Notes under the pieces: generated by a model
The model's input: only the letters and a program-made list of their open reading frames with translations
What the model was told of the DNA's origin: nothing
Databases searched by the model: none
Made by a program: the position numbers and the translations under genes
Assembly: GCA_036229005.1 (NCBI GenBank)
Contig: JAZAMN010000052.1
Span: 128,001-192,000 of the forward strand
Length of the DNA stretch: 64,000 nucleotides
Direction of reading: 5' to 3'
From: Myxococcota bacterium
GTDB taxonomy: Bacteria > Myxococcota_A > UBA796 > CAJQPC01
Part shown: piece by piece, positions 12,891 through 22,159 of the stretch
How positions within the stretch are numbered: position 1 is the stretch's first letter
Layout: each line of letters opens with the position of its first letter

Positions 12891-14054
12891 TCAACCGTCA
12901 GCGGGCGTCCGAGCTGGCCCCGGGCGGTCCCGTCCCCGCGGCTGGTGAACCGGCGTCTCGGAGCCCCCAGCGGCCCCCAGCTCCAGGTGATTCCACGCCC
13001 CGGCCCCGGCCACCAGCGACAGCAGCGCCCAAGACGCCCGGCCCCGCAGCGCGCCCATCCCGACCCCCAGCAGCACGGCGACGGGGCCCATGTAGTACTC
13101 GAAGTTGAAGGCCTCGAAGGCCACCGCCGCCGGTAGCCCCAGCGAAGGCCAGAGCAGCACCGCCAGCGCGCGCCGCTCTCCCCGACGCCAGAGCTGGACC
13201 GCCCCGGCCCCCGCGAGTCCCAGAATCACCAGGCACAGCGCCAGGCTGGTCGGGCCGCGCTGCTGGGGCTGAACCCGCAGCAGCACCGTGGGCAGGGTGT
13301 CCCGGGCGCTGCGCAGAGGCGCCTCCACCACCGGGCGGGCCTGCTCGCTGCGCAGCTCTCCCAGCACCAGCTCAATGGCCACATTCTGGGCAGCCTGTCC
13401 TCGCTGGAGCCGCTGAGCCCCTACGGCGCCGTAGGCCAGCATCCCCAGCAGAGCGGTGAGCCCCAGCATCCCGAGCAGACGGCGGCCCCACCTCTCCTGC
13501 CCCCACAAGCTGAGCATGAAGGCGGCGGGGAGGGCGAGGATCATGGTCTTGTGCAGCAGGATCCCCACCGTCATCGCGATGGCGCTGCCCCAGGGTCGCC
13601 CGCGGGGGCCCAGCGCGAGCCCGCAAGCGAGGAACACCGTGCCCACGGCGGCCACGTGGACCTCCCAGGCGGTGGACTGGGCCATCCAGCCGCTGCCCAG
13701 CCCCAGGATCAGGGCGCCCGTGACCACGCCCCCCAGGGGGATCCGCAGGCGCTGGAGCAGGAAGCTGAAGCTGCCCACTGCGTAGGCGCCAAAGACCGCG
13801 GCCAGGGTCCCGGCGACCTGCACCGGGTTCTGCTGAGGGAAGAGCTTGAGGGCCGCCAGCAGAGGCAGCCCGTAGATCAGGTGCTGCGCGTGGAAGGGAT
13901 CCCCTGCGCGGACGAGATCCAGGTAGGCCTGGCCATCCGGCGTGGGATCCGGCGCGAGGTTGAGCAGGTAGATCGCCAGGAAAAGCACAGTGACGGCGAC
14001 CGGTAGCGCCCGCTGGAGGGCGGCCTGGGGCCCATTTGTGGATCGCGGATGCAC
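12891..14054 (-). CDS. Polytopic membrane protein, possibly GT-C glycosyltransferase-like
   Basis: About 10 hydrophobic segments; DG..Y...H.QH.IY first loop and W.QS...EV motif; start uncertain. Confidence 0.55.
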   Translation of the reverse strand: MHPRSTNGPQAALQRALPVAVTVLFLAIYLLNLAPDPTPDGQAYLDLVRAGDPFHAQHLIYGLPLLAALKLFPQQNPVQVAGTLAAVFGAYAVGSFSFLLQRLRIPLGGVVTGALILGLGSGWMAQSTAWEVHVAAVGTVFLACGLALGPRGRPWGSAIAMTVGILLHKTMILALPAAFMLSLWGQERWGRRLLGMLGLTALLGMLAYGAVGAQRLQRGQAAQNVAIELVLGELRSEQARPVVEAPLRSARDTLPTVLLRVQPQQRGPTSLALCLVILGLAGAGAVQLWRRGERRALAVLLWPSLGLPAAVAFEAFNFEYYMGPVAVLLGVGMGALRGRASWALLSLVAGAGAWNHLELGAAGGSETPVHQPRGRDRPGPARTPADG

Positions 14055-14062
14055 AAAATCCT

Positions 14063-14091
14063 TTGACGCGGTTTTCGGGGGCGACTATATG
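14063..14091 (+). promoter_or_regulatory. Sigma70-type promoter for tRNA-Leu
   Basis: TTGACG (14063-68), 17-nt spacer, TATATG (14086-91), about 25 nt upstream of the tRNA. Confidence 0.65.
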
Positions 14092-14116
14092 CCGGGGGCT
14101 CAACGAAGCAACGTCT

Positions 14117-14202
14117 GCGGAAGTGGTGGAATGGCAGACACGCTAGCCTCAGGAGCTAGTGGGGTAACTCCCGTGGGGGTTCGACTCCCCCCTTCCGCAC
14201 CA
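14117..14202 (+). tRNA. tRNA-Leu (anticodon CAG)
   Basis: GCGGAAG/CTTCCGC acceptor stem, D-loop GG, anticodon arm CTAGC-CT CAG GA-GCTAG, long variable arm, GGTTCGACTCC T-arm, encoded CCA. Confidence 0.97.
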
Positions 14203-14204
14203 TC

Positions 14205-14235
14205 AAACCCCTGGGCTCCGGCCCGGGGGTTTTTT
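14205..14235 (+). terminator. Intrinsic terminator after tRNA-Leu
   Basis: AAACCCCTGGGC-TCCG-GCCCGGGGG followed by a T-run. Confidence 0.85.
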
Positions 14236-14259
14236 GCTCTGTGAGCTGTGCTGTGGGCC

Positions 14260-14967
14260 TCAGTCGAAGCAGCGCCAGAACAGCCGCAGGCCGACTTGGA
14301 TCTCCAGCCCCGTGTGCTGGTCCAGCAGCACTGGGGCGTGGTCGCGGAACTCGTTGTGGACCACAGCCTCCAGCTCCTCGCGACGCTGAAAGCGCCAGCA
14401 GGTGGCGACAGTGCGGGCCTGGAAGCCCTTGCTCCGCCAGAAGGACTCCACGGCGCCTCGGTCCCGGGGATACGCGCGCTGGAGCCACTGTGCGAAGGTC
14501 CCCTGCTGCAGGTCGTTGTCGACTACGATCAGCGCACCGCCGGGCCTGAGGATGCGGTCGACCTCCTGAAGCCCCTGCTCACAGCCCGGCCCCCAGAAGT
14601 AGGCAAAGCGGGCCACCACCAGGTCCATGCTGTCGGACTGGAGGCCCGTGTGCTCCGCGCTCCCGATCAGCACCGAGGCGTTGGTGAGCCCCAGCCGGAG
14701 CAGGCGCTCCATGGCCAGCAGGCGCGAGGGACCGTGGGGCTCGACGGCGTAGACATGCCGGGCGCGCTGGGCGAAGCGAGGGACGTGGAAGCCGGAGCCC
14801 GCGCCCAGGTCCACGACCAACTGGTCCTCCCAGGGGTGGATCTCGTCCAGCGCCTCCCAAATGAGGCCCTCGGGGTCGGCGGCGCGGTTCTCGAGCTCAT
14901 AGGTCTCGGGCGCGTCCTGGAGGTTGGGGGTGGCGTGGACGCCAGGCAGCCAGGGGGTGCGGGACAC
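14260..14967 (-). CDS. Class I SAM-dependent methyltransferase
   Basis: VVDLGAGSG motif I, YAVEP, RILRPGG. Confidence 0.85.
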   Translation of the reverse strand: MSRTPWLPGVHATPNLQDAPETYELENRAADPEGLIWEALDEIHPWEDQLVVDLGAGSGFHVPRFAQRARHVYAVEPHGPSRLLAMERLLRLGLTNASVLIGSAEHTGLQSDSMDLVVARFAYFWGPGCEQGLQEVDRILRPGGALIVVDNDLQQGTFAQWLQRAYPRDRGAVESFWRSKGFQARTVATCWRFQRREELEAVVHNEFRDHAPVLLDQHTGLEIQVGLRLFWRCFD

Positions 14968-15053
14968 GGGGCGCTCCTTGATCTGGCAGCCCTATGCACC
15001 TGGCTGCGTGTTTCAAGTGTTTCACCCCGCCGCGAGCGCGTTAGACGGCGGCA

Positions 15054-15599
15054 ATGAGCGAGCGCATCCCCGTCTACCAAGGCCAGGTCGTCGACCTGGG
15101 CATCGAGACCGTCACCCTGCCCAACGGCAAGGAGGTCGAGCTCGAGGTCATCCGCCACCCCGGCGCGTCCGCCGTGCTGCCTCTGCACGACGACGGCACC
15201 GTCACGCTGGTCTACCAGTTCCGCCACGCCGGCGGCGGCATGCACTACGAGGTGCCCGCCGGCAAGCTGGACGGCCCCGAGCTCCCCGAGAAGTGCGCCC
15301 GCCGCGAGCTGGTCGAAGAGACCGGCCTTTCCTGCGAGAAGCTGGCCCGCCTGGGCTTCGTGCACACCACGCCGGGGTTCACCGACGAGCTGATCTTCCT
15401 CTTCCTGGCCACCGGCCTGAGCGAGGGCGAGCAGGCGCTGGAGGACGACGAGTTCCTGCGCCCGGTGCGCATGCCCTTCTCCCAGGCCCTGGAGATGGTG
15501 CACGAGGGCGACATCACCGACGCCAAGACCATGCTGGCGCTGATGCTGGCGGAGAAGCACGTGTCGGTGGAGCACGGCGGGCGCAAGGCCCAGGACTGA
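15054..15599 (+). CDS. NUDIX hydrolase, ADP-ribose pyrophosphatase (NudF-like)
   Basis: EVPAGKLD...CARRELVEETG Nudix box, HPGAS, TPGFTDE, ITDAKT. Confidence 0.88.
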   Translation: MSERIPVYQGQVVDLGIETVTLPNGKEVELEVIRHPGASAVLPLHDDGTVTLVYQFRHAGGGMHYEVPAGKLDGPELPEKCARRELVEETGLSCEKLARLGFVHTTPGFTDELIFLFLATGLSEGEQALEDDEFLRPVRMPFSQALEMVHEGDITDAKTMLALMLAEKHVSVEHGGRKAQD

Positions 15600-15684
15600 C
15601 CTGCCGCACGGGCTGCCGCCAAAGCGCGCGGGTGTCACAGCCACCCCGGCCACCGCGTAGTTAGCTTTGGACCTGGAGGCTCCC

Positions 15685-17211
15685 GTGACGCCCATTCTCC
15701 TGACCCTCGCCTGCGCGGACTTCGAGCTCTCGCCGTCCTACGGCCCCGCGGACGACAACGCCGGCTGGGACGCCGACAGCGGCTCGGAGTACGAGCCCGG
15801 CGATGACACCGGCGACTTTGGCTCGGAGACCGAGAGCGACTTCCTCAAGCTCTCCCCCACCGCGACCCAGGCCTACGTGTTCGTGGTCAACAGCAGCCGC
15901 AACACCGTCAGCCGGATCTCCGTGCCCGAGCTGGACGTGCTCACCACCGAGGTCGGCGTGAACCCAAAGGTCGCGACCACCTCGTCCGACTACGCCAAGG
16001 CCGTGGTGTTCAACGCGGGCTCGGACTCCCTGAGCGTCATCGACGCCGAGACCATGGAGAGCGTCGAGGTCCAAATCCGCAGCAACTTCAACAACATGCT
16101 GCTCTCGCCCGATGGCGTATGGGCCCTGGTCTACAACGACGCGGACCTTCCCACGGAGGGCAGCACCGGGTACCTGCAGTCCTTCAACGAGATCTCCCTG
16201 GTGAACACCGAGACCGGGGAGCACAGCGCCATGGCGGTGGGCTTCCACCCGCGCCAGGCCCGCTTCACGCCGGACTCCGGGCAGCTCGTGCTGGTCGCCG
16301 AGCAGTGGATGGCGGTGCTCGATCTGCGGGTGACCTCGCTGACACCACAGCTCATCGAGCTGTCCGAAGATGAGCTGGATCCCCCGGCGGCAGAGGAGGT
16401 TTTGATCGAGCCCACCGGCCGCTTCGCCTTTGTCCGTCAGTACGGTGAGACGCGCCTGGCCGTGGTCGACCTGGACGAGGGGACCCTGGAGCGCGTGGAC
16501 ATCGGGCTCAACCCCACCGACATGGACCTGAGCGCGGACGGCTCGCAGGCCATCGTGGTCAGTCGAGGGAGCGGTGAGCTGCACCTGATCGACACCCAGG
16601 ACCCCACCGGACCCCAGCGCATCGTGGCCCTGCCGCCCAGCGAGATCCTGGGCAGCCTGCTGCTCAGCCCGGACGGCACCCAGGGCGTGCTCTACACGAC
16701 GGCCGCGCCGGTGGCCCGCTACACGACCTGGAACCTGGCGGACGACACCCTGACCGTGCGGCGCCTGGAGAAGCCGGTCGCCAGCGCGAGCGTGTCCCCC
16801 ACCGGCGGCACGCTGCTGTTCTTCCACGACGAGACCAACGACCCGGACGCGGCCACCACCAGCCCCTTCCACGACAAGCCCGCCATCACGATGGTGGACC
16901 TGGACAGCCACCTGCAGAACGCCTTGGTGCTGCCCACCATGCCCAGCGCGGCGGCCAACAGCCACGACGGGCACTTTGGGTTCTTCATCATGGACGGCGT
17001 GAGCTCGCTGGCGGTGCTGCGCTATGACCACCTGCTCTTTGACGAGATCGCTCTGCGCAGCGAGCCCGTGCACGTGGGGGTGCTCCCGGAGTCGACCTAC
17101 GCCTACGTGAACCAGGAGCACGCCCTGGGGCGCCTGAGCTTCTACGACCCCGACACCGAGAGCCTGCAGACCATCACCGGCTTCGAGCTGAACGCGGGCA
17201 TCGAACACTGA
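15685..17211 (+). CDS. YncE-like beta-propeller lipoprotein (paralogue 1)
   Basis: GGAGG RBS, GTG start, MTPILLTLAC lipobox; repeated SPDG/TPDS/VIDA blade motifs. Confidence 0.8.
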   Translation: MTPILLTLACADFELSPSYGPADDNAGWDADSGSEYEPGDDTGDFGSETESDFLKLSPTATQAYVFVVNSSRNTVSRISVPELDVLTTEVGVNPKVATTSSDYAKAVVFNAGSDSLSVIDAETMESVEVQIRSNFNNMLLSPDGVWALVYNDADLPTEGSTGYLQSFNEISLVNTETGEHSAMAVGFHPRQARFTPDSGQLVLVAEQWMAVLDLRVTSLTPQLIELSEDELDPPAAEEVLIEPTGRFAFVRQYGETRLAVVDLDEGTLERVDIGLNPTDMDLSADGSQAIVVSRGSGELHLIDTQDPTGPQRIVALPPSEILGSLLLSPDGTQGVLYTTAAPVARYTTWNLADDTLTVRRLEKPVASASVSPTGGTLLFFHDETNDPDAATTSPFHDKPAITMVDLDSHLQNALVLPTMPSAAANSHDGHFGFFIMDGVSSLAVLRYDHLLFDEIALRSEPVHVGVLPESTYAYVNQEHALGRLSFYDPDTESLQTITGFELNAGIEH

Positions 17212-17319
17212 CATCCCTGTCGCGATCCCGGGGGGGTTCCCCCGGGGGCGGCCGCAGCATCAGCGGGTCCTGGCGATGGCACGGATGCTGCAGACCCTCT
17301 CCGAGAGACCGGAGGACCC

Positions 17320-18873
17320 ATGAGAGCGACCCCCATCCTGGCGCTGCTCGCCCTGAGCGCCTGCTCTTCCTACGAAAACAGCATGTACGCCGACGCCGCC
17401 GACTCCGGCTGGGCCGGCGCGTGGGACGACACGAGCAGCAGCGAGTACGACCCCAACGACGACGGCGACGGCACCGACCTGGGCTCGGAGACGGAGGACG
17501 ACTTCCTCAAGCTCTCGCCCACCGCCACCCAGGCCTACGTGTTCGTGGTCAACTCCAGCCGCAACACGGTGAGCCGCATCTCCGTGCCCAGCCTGGACGT
17601 GCTCACCACCGAGGTCGGCGTGGACCCCCAGGTCGCCACCACCACCAGCGACTACAGCCGGGCCGTGGTGTTCAACGCTGGCTCGGACTCCATCAGCGTC
17701 ATCGACGCCGAGACGATGGAGAGCACCGAGGTGGAGATCCGCAGCAACTTCAACAACATGCTGCTCTCACCGGACGGCCGCTGGGCGCTCGTCTACAACG
17801 ACGCGGACCTGCCCACCGAGGGCTCCACGGGCGCCCTGCAGTCCTTCAACGAGATCTCCCTGGTCAACGTGGAGACCCTGGAGCACCTCTCGATGGCCGT
17901 GGGCTTCCACCCGCGCGAGGCCACCTTCACGCCCGACTCCAGCGAGCTGCTGATCGTCGCCAACGAGTGGATGGCCAGCCTGGACCTGGAGGCCGAGGAC
18001 ATCCGCCCGCAGCTCGTCGAGCTGGCCGAGGACCCCCTGAACGCCCCCGTGGCCGAGGAGGTCCTGGTCGAGCCCACCGGCGCGTTCGCGTTCGTGCGCC
18101 AGTTCGGAGAGGACCGGCTGGTCGTGGTGGACCTGGCCGAGCACACCCTGCAGCGCGTGGACATCGGCTACAACCCCACCGACCTGGACCTGAGCCCGGA
18201 CGGGACGAAGGCGGTCGTGGTGAGTCGTGGGAGCCAGGAGCTTCACGTCCTCAACGCCCAGGATCCCCTCGCCGAACAGGAGGTGATCGCTCTGCCCGCA
18301 GACGAGGTCATCGGGAGCCTGCACTTCTCCCCCGACGGGTCCAAGGCGGTGCTCTACACCACGGCCCAGCGCGAGGCCCGCTACACCACCTGGGACGTGG
18401 ACTCCGGCGAGCTCAAGGTGCGCTCCCTGGTCAAGCCCGTGAAGTCCGTCTCCGTGTCCCCCACCGGCGGCACTCTGCTGGTCTTCCACACCCTGGAGGA
18501 CGACGCGGACACCCCCAGCACGAGCCCCTACTTTGGGGAGCACGCGCTCACGATGATCGACCTGGACAGCTTCCTGGCCAACCCCCTGCTGATCCCCGAT
18601 GAGCCCAGCGCGTTCGCCAACAGCAGCGACGGCGAGTTCGGCTACTTCATCATGGAGGGGATCCCGGCCCTGGCGGTGCTGCAGTACGACAACCTGCTCT
18701 TCGAGGAGGTCACCCTGCGCAGCGACCCCGTGCACGTGGGCGTGCTGCCCGAGTCCACCTACGCCTACGTCAACCAGGAGCACGAGCTCGGGCGCCTGAG
18801 CTTCTACGAGCCCGAGACCCAGGCCCTGCAGACCATCACCGGCTTTGAGCTGAACAGCGGCATCAAGCACTGA
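17320..18873 (+). CDS. YncE-like beta-propeller lipoprotein (paralogue 2)
   Basis: LSAC lipobox; colinear with 15685-17211 with long identical stretches (DFLKLSPTATQAYVFVVNSSRNTVSRISVP, LQTITGFELN). Confidence 0.82.
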   Translation: MRATPILALLALSACSSYENSMYADAADSGWAGAWDDTSSSEYDPNDDGDGTDLGSETEDDFLKLSPTATQAYVFVVNSSRNTVSRISVPSLDVLTTEVGVDPQVATTTSDYSRAVVFNAGSDSISVIDAETMESTEVEIRSNFNNMLLSPDGRWALVYNDADLPTEGSTGALQSFNEISLVNVETLEHLSMAVGFHPREATFTPDSSELLIVANEWMASLDLEAEDIRPQLVELAEDPLNAPVAEEVLVEPTGAFAFVRQFGEDRLVVVDLAEHTLQRVDIGYNPTDLDLSPDGTKAVVVSRGSQELHVLNAQDPLAEQEVIALPADEVIGSLHFSPDGSKAVLYTTAQREARYTTWDVDSGELKVRSLVKPVKSVSVSPTGGTLLVFHTLEDDADTPSTSPYFGEHALTMIDLDSFLANPLLIPDEPSAFANSSDGEFGYFIMEGIPALAVLQYDNLLFEEVTLRSDPVHVGVLPESTYAYVNQEHELGRLSFYEPETQALQTITGFELNSGIKH

Positions 18874-18881
18874 GGCCCCCA

Positions 18882-20408
18882 ATGACTTTTCTCTTGATGA
18901 TGGCCGGCTGCTGGTCCGGCAACTTCTACGAAGACGGCGGGCTCTGGGATCCCGAGCCCATCGCGGCCTCCGACGGCCTGTACTTCACCCTCCCCAGCGC
19001 CGGCGCCCTGGTGCAGGTCAAGCCCGACGGCACGACCACCCAGGTGGAGCTGGACGGCGCCCGGGCGCTGCACGGCGAGCTGGCCCCCGACGGCGAGACC
19101 GTGGTGCTCTTCGCCCAGACCACGGCCTGCGAGGACGGGCCGGAGGCGCCCAGAGATCCCCAGCAGTGCCTCGACGATGGGGGGGAGCTGGTGACCCAGC
19201 AGGAGCTGCAGGTGATCCGGGGCGGTGTGGTCCAGGGCGCGCCCATCCAGATCCCCAACCACTTCAACCGCTTGAGCTTCACCAGCGACGGTCGGCAGGC
19301 GGTGGCCTGGCTGGAATACACGGCGGGGACCGAGCTGGACATCTCCGCGGTGGACAACGTGACCGAGGTGATGTTCGTGGACCTGGAGTCCGTGACCGCG
19401 ACCCCGGTGGCGATTGGCGACGTGGCGGACCGCATCCTCTTTGACCAGGACGACGCGCGGGCGCTGGTGCTCAGCCGCTCCAAGGTCACGGTCGTGGAGC
19501 TGCTCTCGGGCGACTACGAGCGCGAGGTGAGCTTCCCGCTGGCGCTGGACGTGGACGACAAGGTGCAGCCCACCGATCTCGTGCTCACCGCCGACGGCCA
19601 CTACGCGATGCTGACCATCGAGGGCAGCGGCGATCTGTACGTGCTGGACCTGGTGGCCGAGTCCATCAACATCGTCTCGCTGGAGGCGGTGCCCTCGGAC
19701 CTGGTGGTGGAGTCCGCGATGGACACCTCCATGCTGGTCTACGCCGGGCGCGCCAAGGCCGACATCCTGGACCACGCGTACTTCGAGCTGGACCCCGTGG
19801 ACCTGGAGGAGCCGGTCTCCGAGATCCACATGCTGGAGGGCGAGGCCTTCCTGGTGAACACCACGTCCACGGTCTACAAGGACGCCTACCGGGTGGATCT
19901 GGAGACGGGCGAGGTGATCGAGTACCGCCTGGAGAATCCGGCCTACCGCGCCGAGCTCTCCCCGGACGGCAACTACGCGGTGGCCTTCACCCTGCCCGAG
20001 GGCGGCTACGGCGACGGAGTCGAGGCGCTGTTCGACCAGAACTACGGCGTGGAGCTGATCTCCATGGCCGACGACCAGAGCGTGCCCCTGATCGCGACCT
20101 CCGAGCCGGTGGGCCTGGCCTTCCGGGGCAGCGGCGCCGAGTCCGAGGCCCTGGTGCTGGTGGAGGGCCACGACGAGCTGATGTTCATCGACCTGGCGCG
20201 CGCCACCAAGACCCCCCTCAAGCTCGACGACGTGGGCCTGGACATCGGGACCGTCGGCGAGACCTTCTACATCACCCTGGACAGCCCGCTGGGCATGGTC
20301 AGCTTCATGGACGCCGACGGGGAGATCACCACCGTGTCGGGCTTCGCGAAGCTGGACTTCTTCCCCCCGGAGACCGTGCTGGTCGACCGCAGCAGCGAGG
20401 AGGGCTGA
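18882..20408 (+). CDS. Beta-propeller lipoprotein
   Basis: MTFLLMMAGC lipobox; APDG/TSDG/TADG/SPDG blades; 8 nt after the previous stop. Confidence 0.78.
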   Translation: MTFLLMMAGCWSGNFYEDGGLWDPEPIAASDGLYFTLPSAGALVQVKPDGTTTQVELDGARALHGELAPDGETVVLFAQTTACEDGPEAPRDPQQCLDDGGELVTQQELQVIRGGVVQGAPIQIPNHFNRLSFTSDGRQAVAWLEYTAGTELDISAVDNVTEVMFVDLESVTATPVAIGDVADRILFDQDDARALVLSRSKVTVVELLSGDYEREVSFPLALDVDDKVQPTDLVLTADGHYAMLTIEGSGDLYVLDLVAESINIVSLEAVPSDLVVESAMDTSMLVYAGRAKADILDHAYFELDPVDLEEPVSEIHMLEGEAFLVNTTSTVYKDAYRVDLETGEVIEYRLENPAYRAELSPDGNYAVAFTLPEGGYGDGVEALFDQNYGVELISMADDQSVPLIATSEPVGLAFRGSGAESEALVLVEGHDELMFIDLARATKTPLKLDDVGLDIGTVGETFYITLDSPLGMVSFMDADGEITTVSGFAKLDFFPPETVLVDRSSEEG

Positions 20409-20409
20409 G

Positions 20410-21009
20410 ATGCTTGCTCTGATTTCCATGTTCGCGTCCACCGCTCTGGCCGGCGAGATGCGCGTCCACATCGAAGGGGGCACCCTCCCCACCGGCGAGG
20501 CACTGGACAGCTACTCCGTGAGCGGGAACAACCTGCGCCACGGCGGCCTGCGCGGCGGCTACAGCCTGACGGACAAGCTGGAGCTGACGGCCTCCTTCTC
20601 CGCCGGCACCAGCGCCAGCCGCGTCGACTACGTGGAGTACCCCGAGGAGGACCTGGCCCTGCGCCTGAACACCTGGACCTACGGTCTGGGGGCCCGCTAC
20701 ATCGTCGGCAACGGCGGCCTGCACCCCTACGCTCTGGCCCAGGCCCGGCTCTTCCAGGGCGGCCTGCGCATGGACGGCTCCCCCTCCCGCGACGACAACC
20801 TGGACCAGTTCGTGGAGCGGGCCTTCTCGCCTGGCGCCTACGGCGCGCTGGGTCTGGAGCTGGTGGTGCTGGACGAGAAGCCCCTGGCGCCTTCCTTGTT
20901 CGTGGAGGCCGGCTACTCCTGGCTGATGGACGCGCGCTTTGGCGACGCCGGCAGCGTGTCGGACATGCGCGGTGTCGCGGGCCGGGCGGGCATCGGGGTG
21001 GTGTTCTGA
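20410..21009 (+). CDS. Small outer-membrane beta-barrel protein
   Basis: Signal peptide ending ALA; alternating beta-strands with Gly/aromatic residues; C-terminal GIGVVF. Confidence 0.72.
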   Translation: MLALISMFASTALAGEMRVHIEGGTLPTGEALDSYSVSGNNLRHGGLRGGYSLTDKLELTASFSAGTSASRVDYVEYPEEDLALRLNTWTYGLGARYIVGNGGLHPYALAQARLFQGGLRMDGSPSRDDNLDQFVERAFSPGAYGALGLELVVLDEKPLAPSLFVEAGYSWLMDARFGDAGSVSDMRGVAGRAGIGVVF

Positions 21010-21148
21010 GGGACCCTGTCGGGGGCCCTGTGACGGGGCTCTGACTTTGGTGGAACCCTGGCTTGTCGGCGGTGGTGGACCTCGCTACCACTTGGGTGAA
21101 CACAATGGCGAATCCACCGGGATTCTGCTCGCATGACGGAGGTCCACC

Positions 21149-21556
21149 ATGGGCTACAAGATCGAAGAGGTCGAGGGCATCGGCCCCGCCTACGCTGAGA
21201 AGCTGGCCGCTGCTGGCGTCACCAACACGGACGAGCTGCTCGAGAAGGGCGCCACCCCCGCCGGCCGCAAGGGCCTGGCCGAGGCCAGCGACATCTCCGG
21301 CAAGCTGATCCTGACCTGGTGCAACCAGGCCGACCTGATGCGCATCAGCGGCGTGGGTCCCCAGTGGGCCGAGCTGCTGCAGGCCTCCGGCGTGGACACC
21401 GTCAAGGAGCTCCGCAACCGCAACGCCGCGAACCTCGCCAAGAAGATGGACGAGGTGAACGAGGAGAAGAACCTGACCAACGGTGCGGTCTCCGAGAAGA
21501 AGGTCGCGGGTTGGGTTGAGCAGGCGAAGGAGATGGAGCCGGTTCTCACGTATTGA
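21149..21556 (+). CDS. DUF4332 (helix-hairpin-helix) protein
   Basis: IEEVEGIGPAYAEKL...QADLMRISGVG...LLQASGVDTVKELRNRN; GGAGG RBS. Confidence 0.88.
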   Translation: MGYKIEEVEGIGPAYAEKLAAAGVTNTDELLEKGATPAGRKGLAEASDISGKLILTWCNQADLMRISGVGPQWAELLQASGVDTVKELRNRNAANLAKKMDEVNEEKNLTNGAVSEKKVAGWVEQAKEMEPVLTY

Positions 21557-21574
21557 GATCGGTCTGCTTTGTGG

Positions 21575-21604
21575 AAGGGTCAGCCCTGGTGGGCTGGCCC
21601 TTTT
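21575..21604 (+). terminator. Intrinsic terminator
   Basis: AAGGGTCAGCCC-TGGT-GGGCTGGCCC followed by TTTT. Confidence 0.8.
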
Positions 21605-21621
21605 GCGTTGGGGGGGGCGGG

Positions 21622-21737
21622 TCGGAGGTCAGATTCAGGGACTTCGTCCCGTGAATCGACCCTGGAAGCGGAATCCGAATCGGAGGTCAGATTCAGGGAC
21701 TGCGTCCCGTGAATCGACCCTGGAATCGGAGGTCAGA
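21622..21737. repeat. Two 46-nt hairpin-forming direct repeats plus a partial third (REP-like)
   Basis: TCGGAGGTCAGATTCAGGGACT(T/G)CGTCCCGTGAATCGACCCTGGAA at 21622-21667 and 21680-21725; partial copy 21726-21737. Confidence 0.85.
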
Positions 21738-21834
21738 CTCCGGTGCCTGCGGCCGCCGGGGCTCAGGAGTGTCGGCCCCGCTTCGCTTTGAGGGGCCGCC
21801 ACTCCTGAACCCCGGCGGCCTCGGAGACTCCGAC

Positions 21835-22149
21835 ATGCCGCTCTCGATCGAAAACCTGGATGCCTACCGGCTGGCCATCTCCCTCAATCGCTCCATCGCC
21901 GCGCTGGACTTCCCCAAGAACCGTGCACACCTCCGCGACCAGGGCGTCCGCGCCGCAGACTCCGTGGTGCTCAACATCGCCGAAGGCATGGGCCGCGGTC
22001 GCCTCACCAACGCCGGGAAAAACCACATGCGCATCGCCAAGGGGTCCCTGCTCGAGGTCTACGCCGTGCTGGACCTGCTCAACAAGGCCGACCAGCACCG
22101 CGTGGACATCGAGCGCCTGGACCGTCTGCTCTACGGCCTCCAGCGGTGA
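21835..22149 (+). CDS. Four-helix bundle protein (23S rRNA IVS-protein / bAvd-like family)
   Basis: IENLDAYRLA...LRDQ..RAADSVVLNIAEG...IAKGSLLEV signature; GGAG RBS before ATG 21835. Confidence 0.88.
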   Translation: MPLSIENLDAYRLAISLNRSIAALDFPKNRAHLRDQGVRAADSVVLNIAEGMGRGRLTNAGKNHMRIAKGSLLEVYAVLDLLNKADQHRVDIERLDRLLYGLQR

Positions 22150-22159
22150 AGCCCCGCCC

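Noticed and set aside
14117..14260. tRNA-Leu as integration site of a prophage or island
   Set aside because: No integrase nearby and no duplicated tRNA 3' end noticed; a terminator follows directly
21622..21737. Possible mini CRISPR array
   Set aside because: Only two full 46-nt units with 12- and 0-nt gaps, no unique spacers and no cas genes
21835..22149. Diversity-generating retroelement (Avd-like gene)
   Set aside because: No reverse transcriptase and no TR/VR pair with adenine-specific mismatches seen; the 15685/17320 paralogues differ mostly at synonymous and scattered positions
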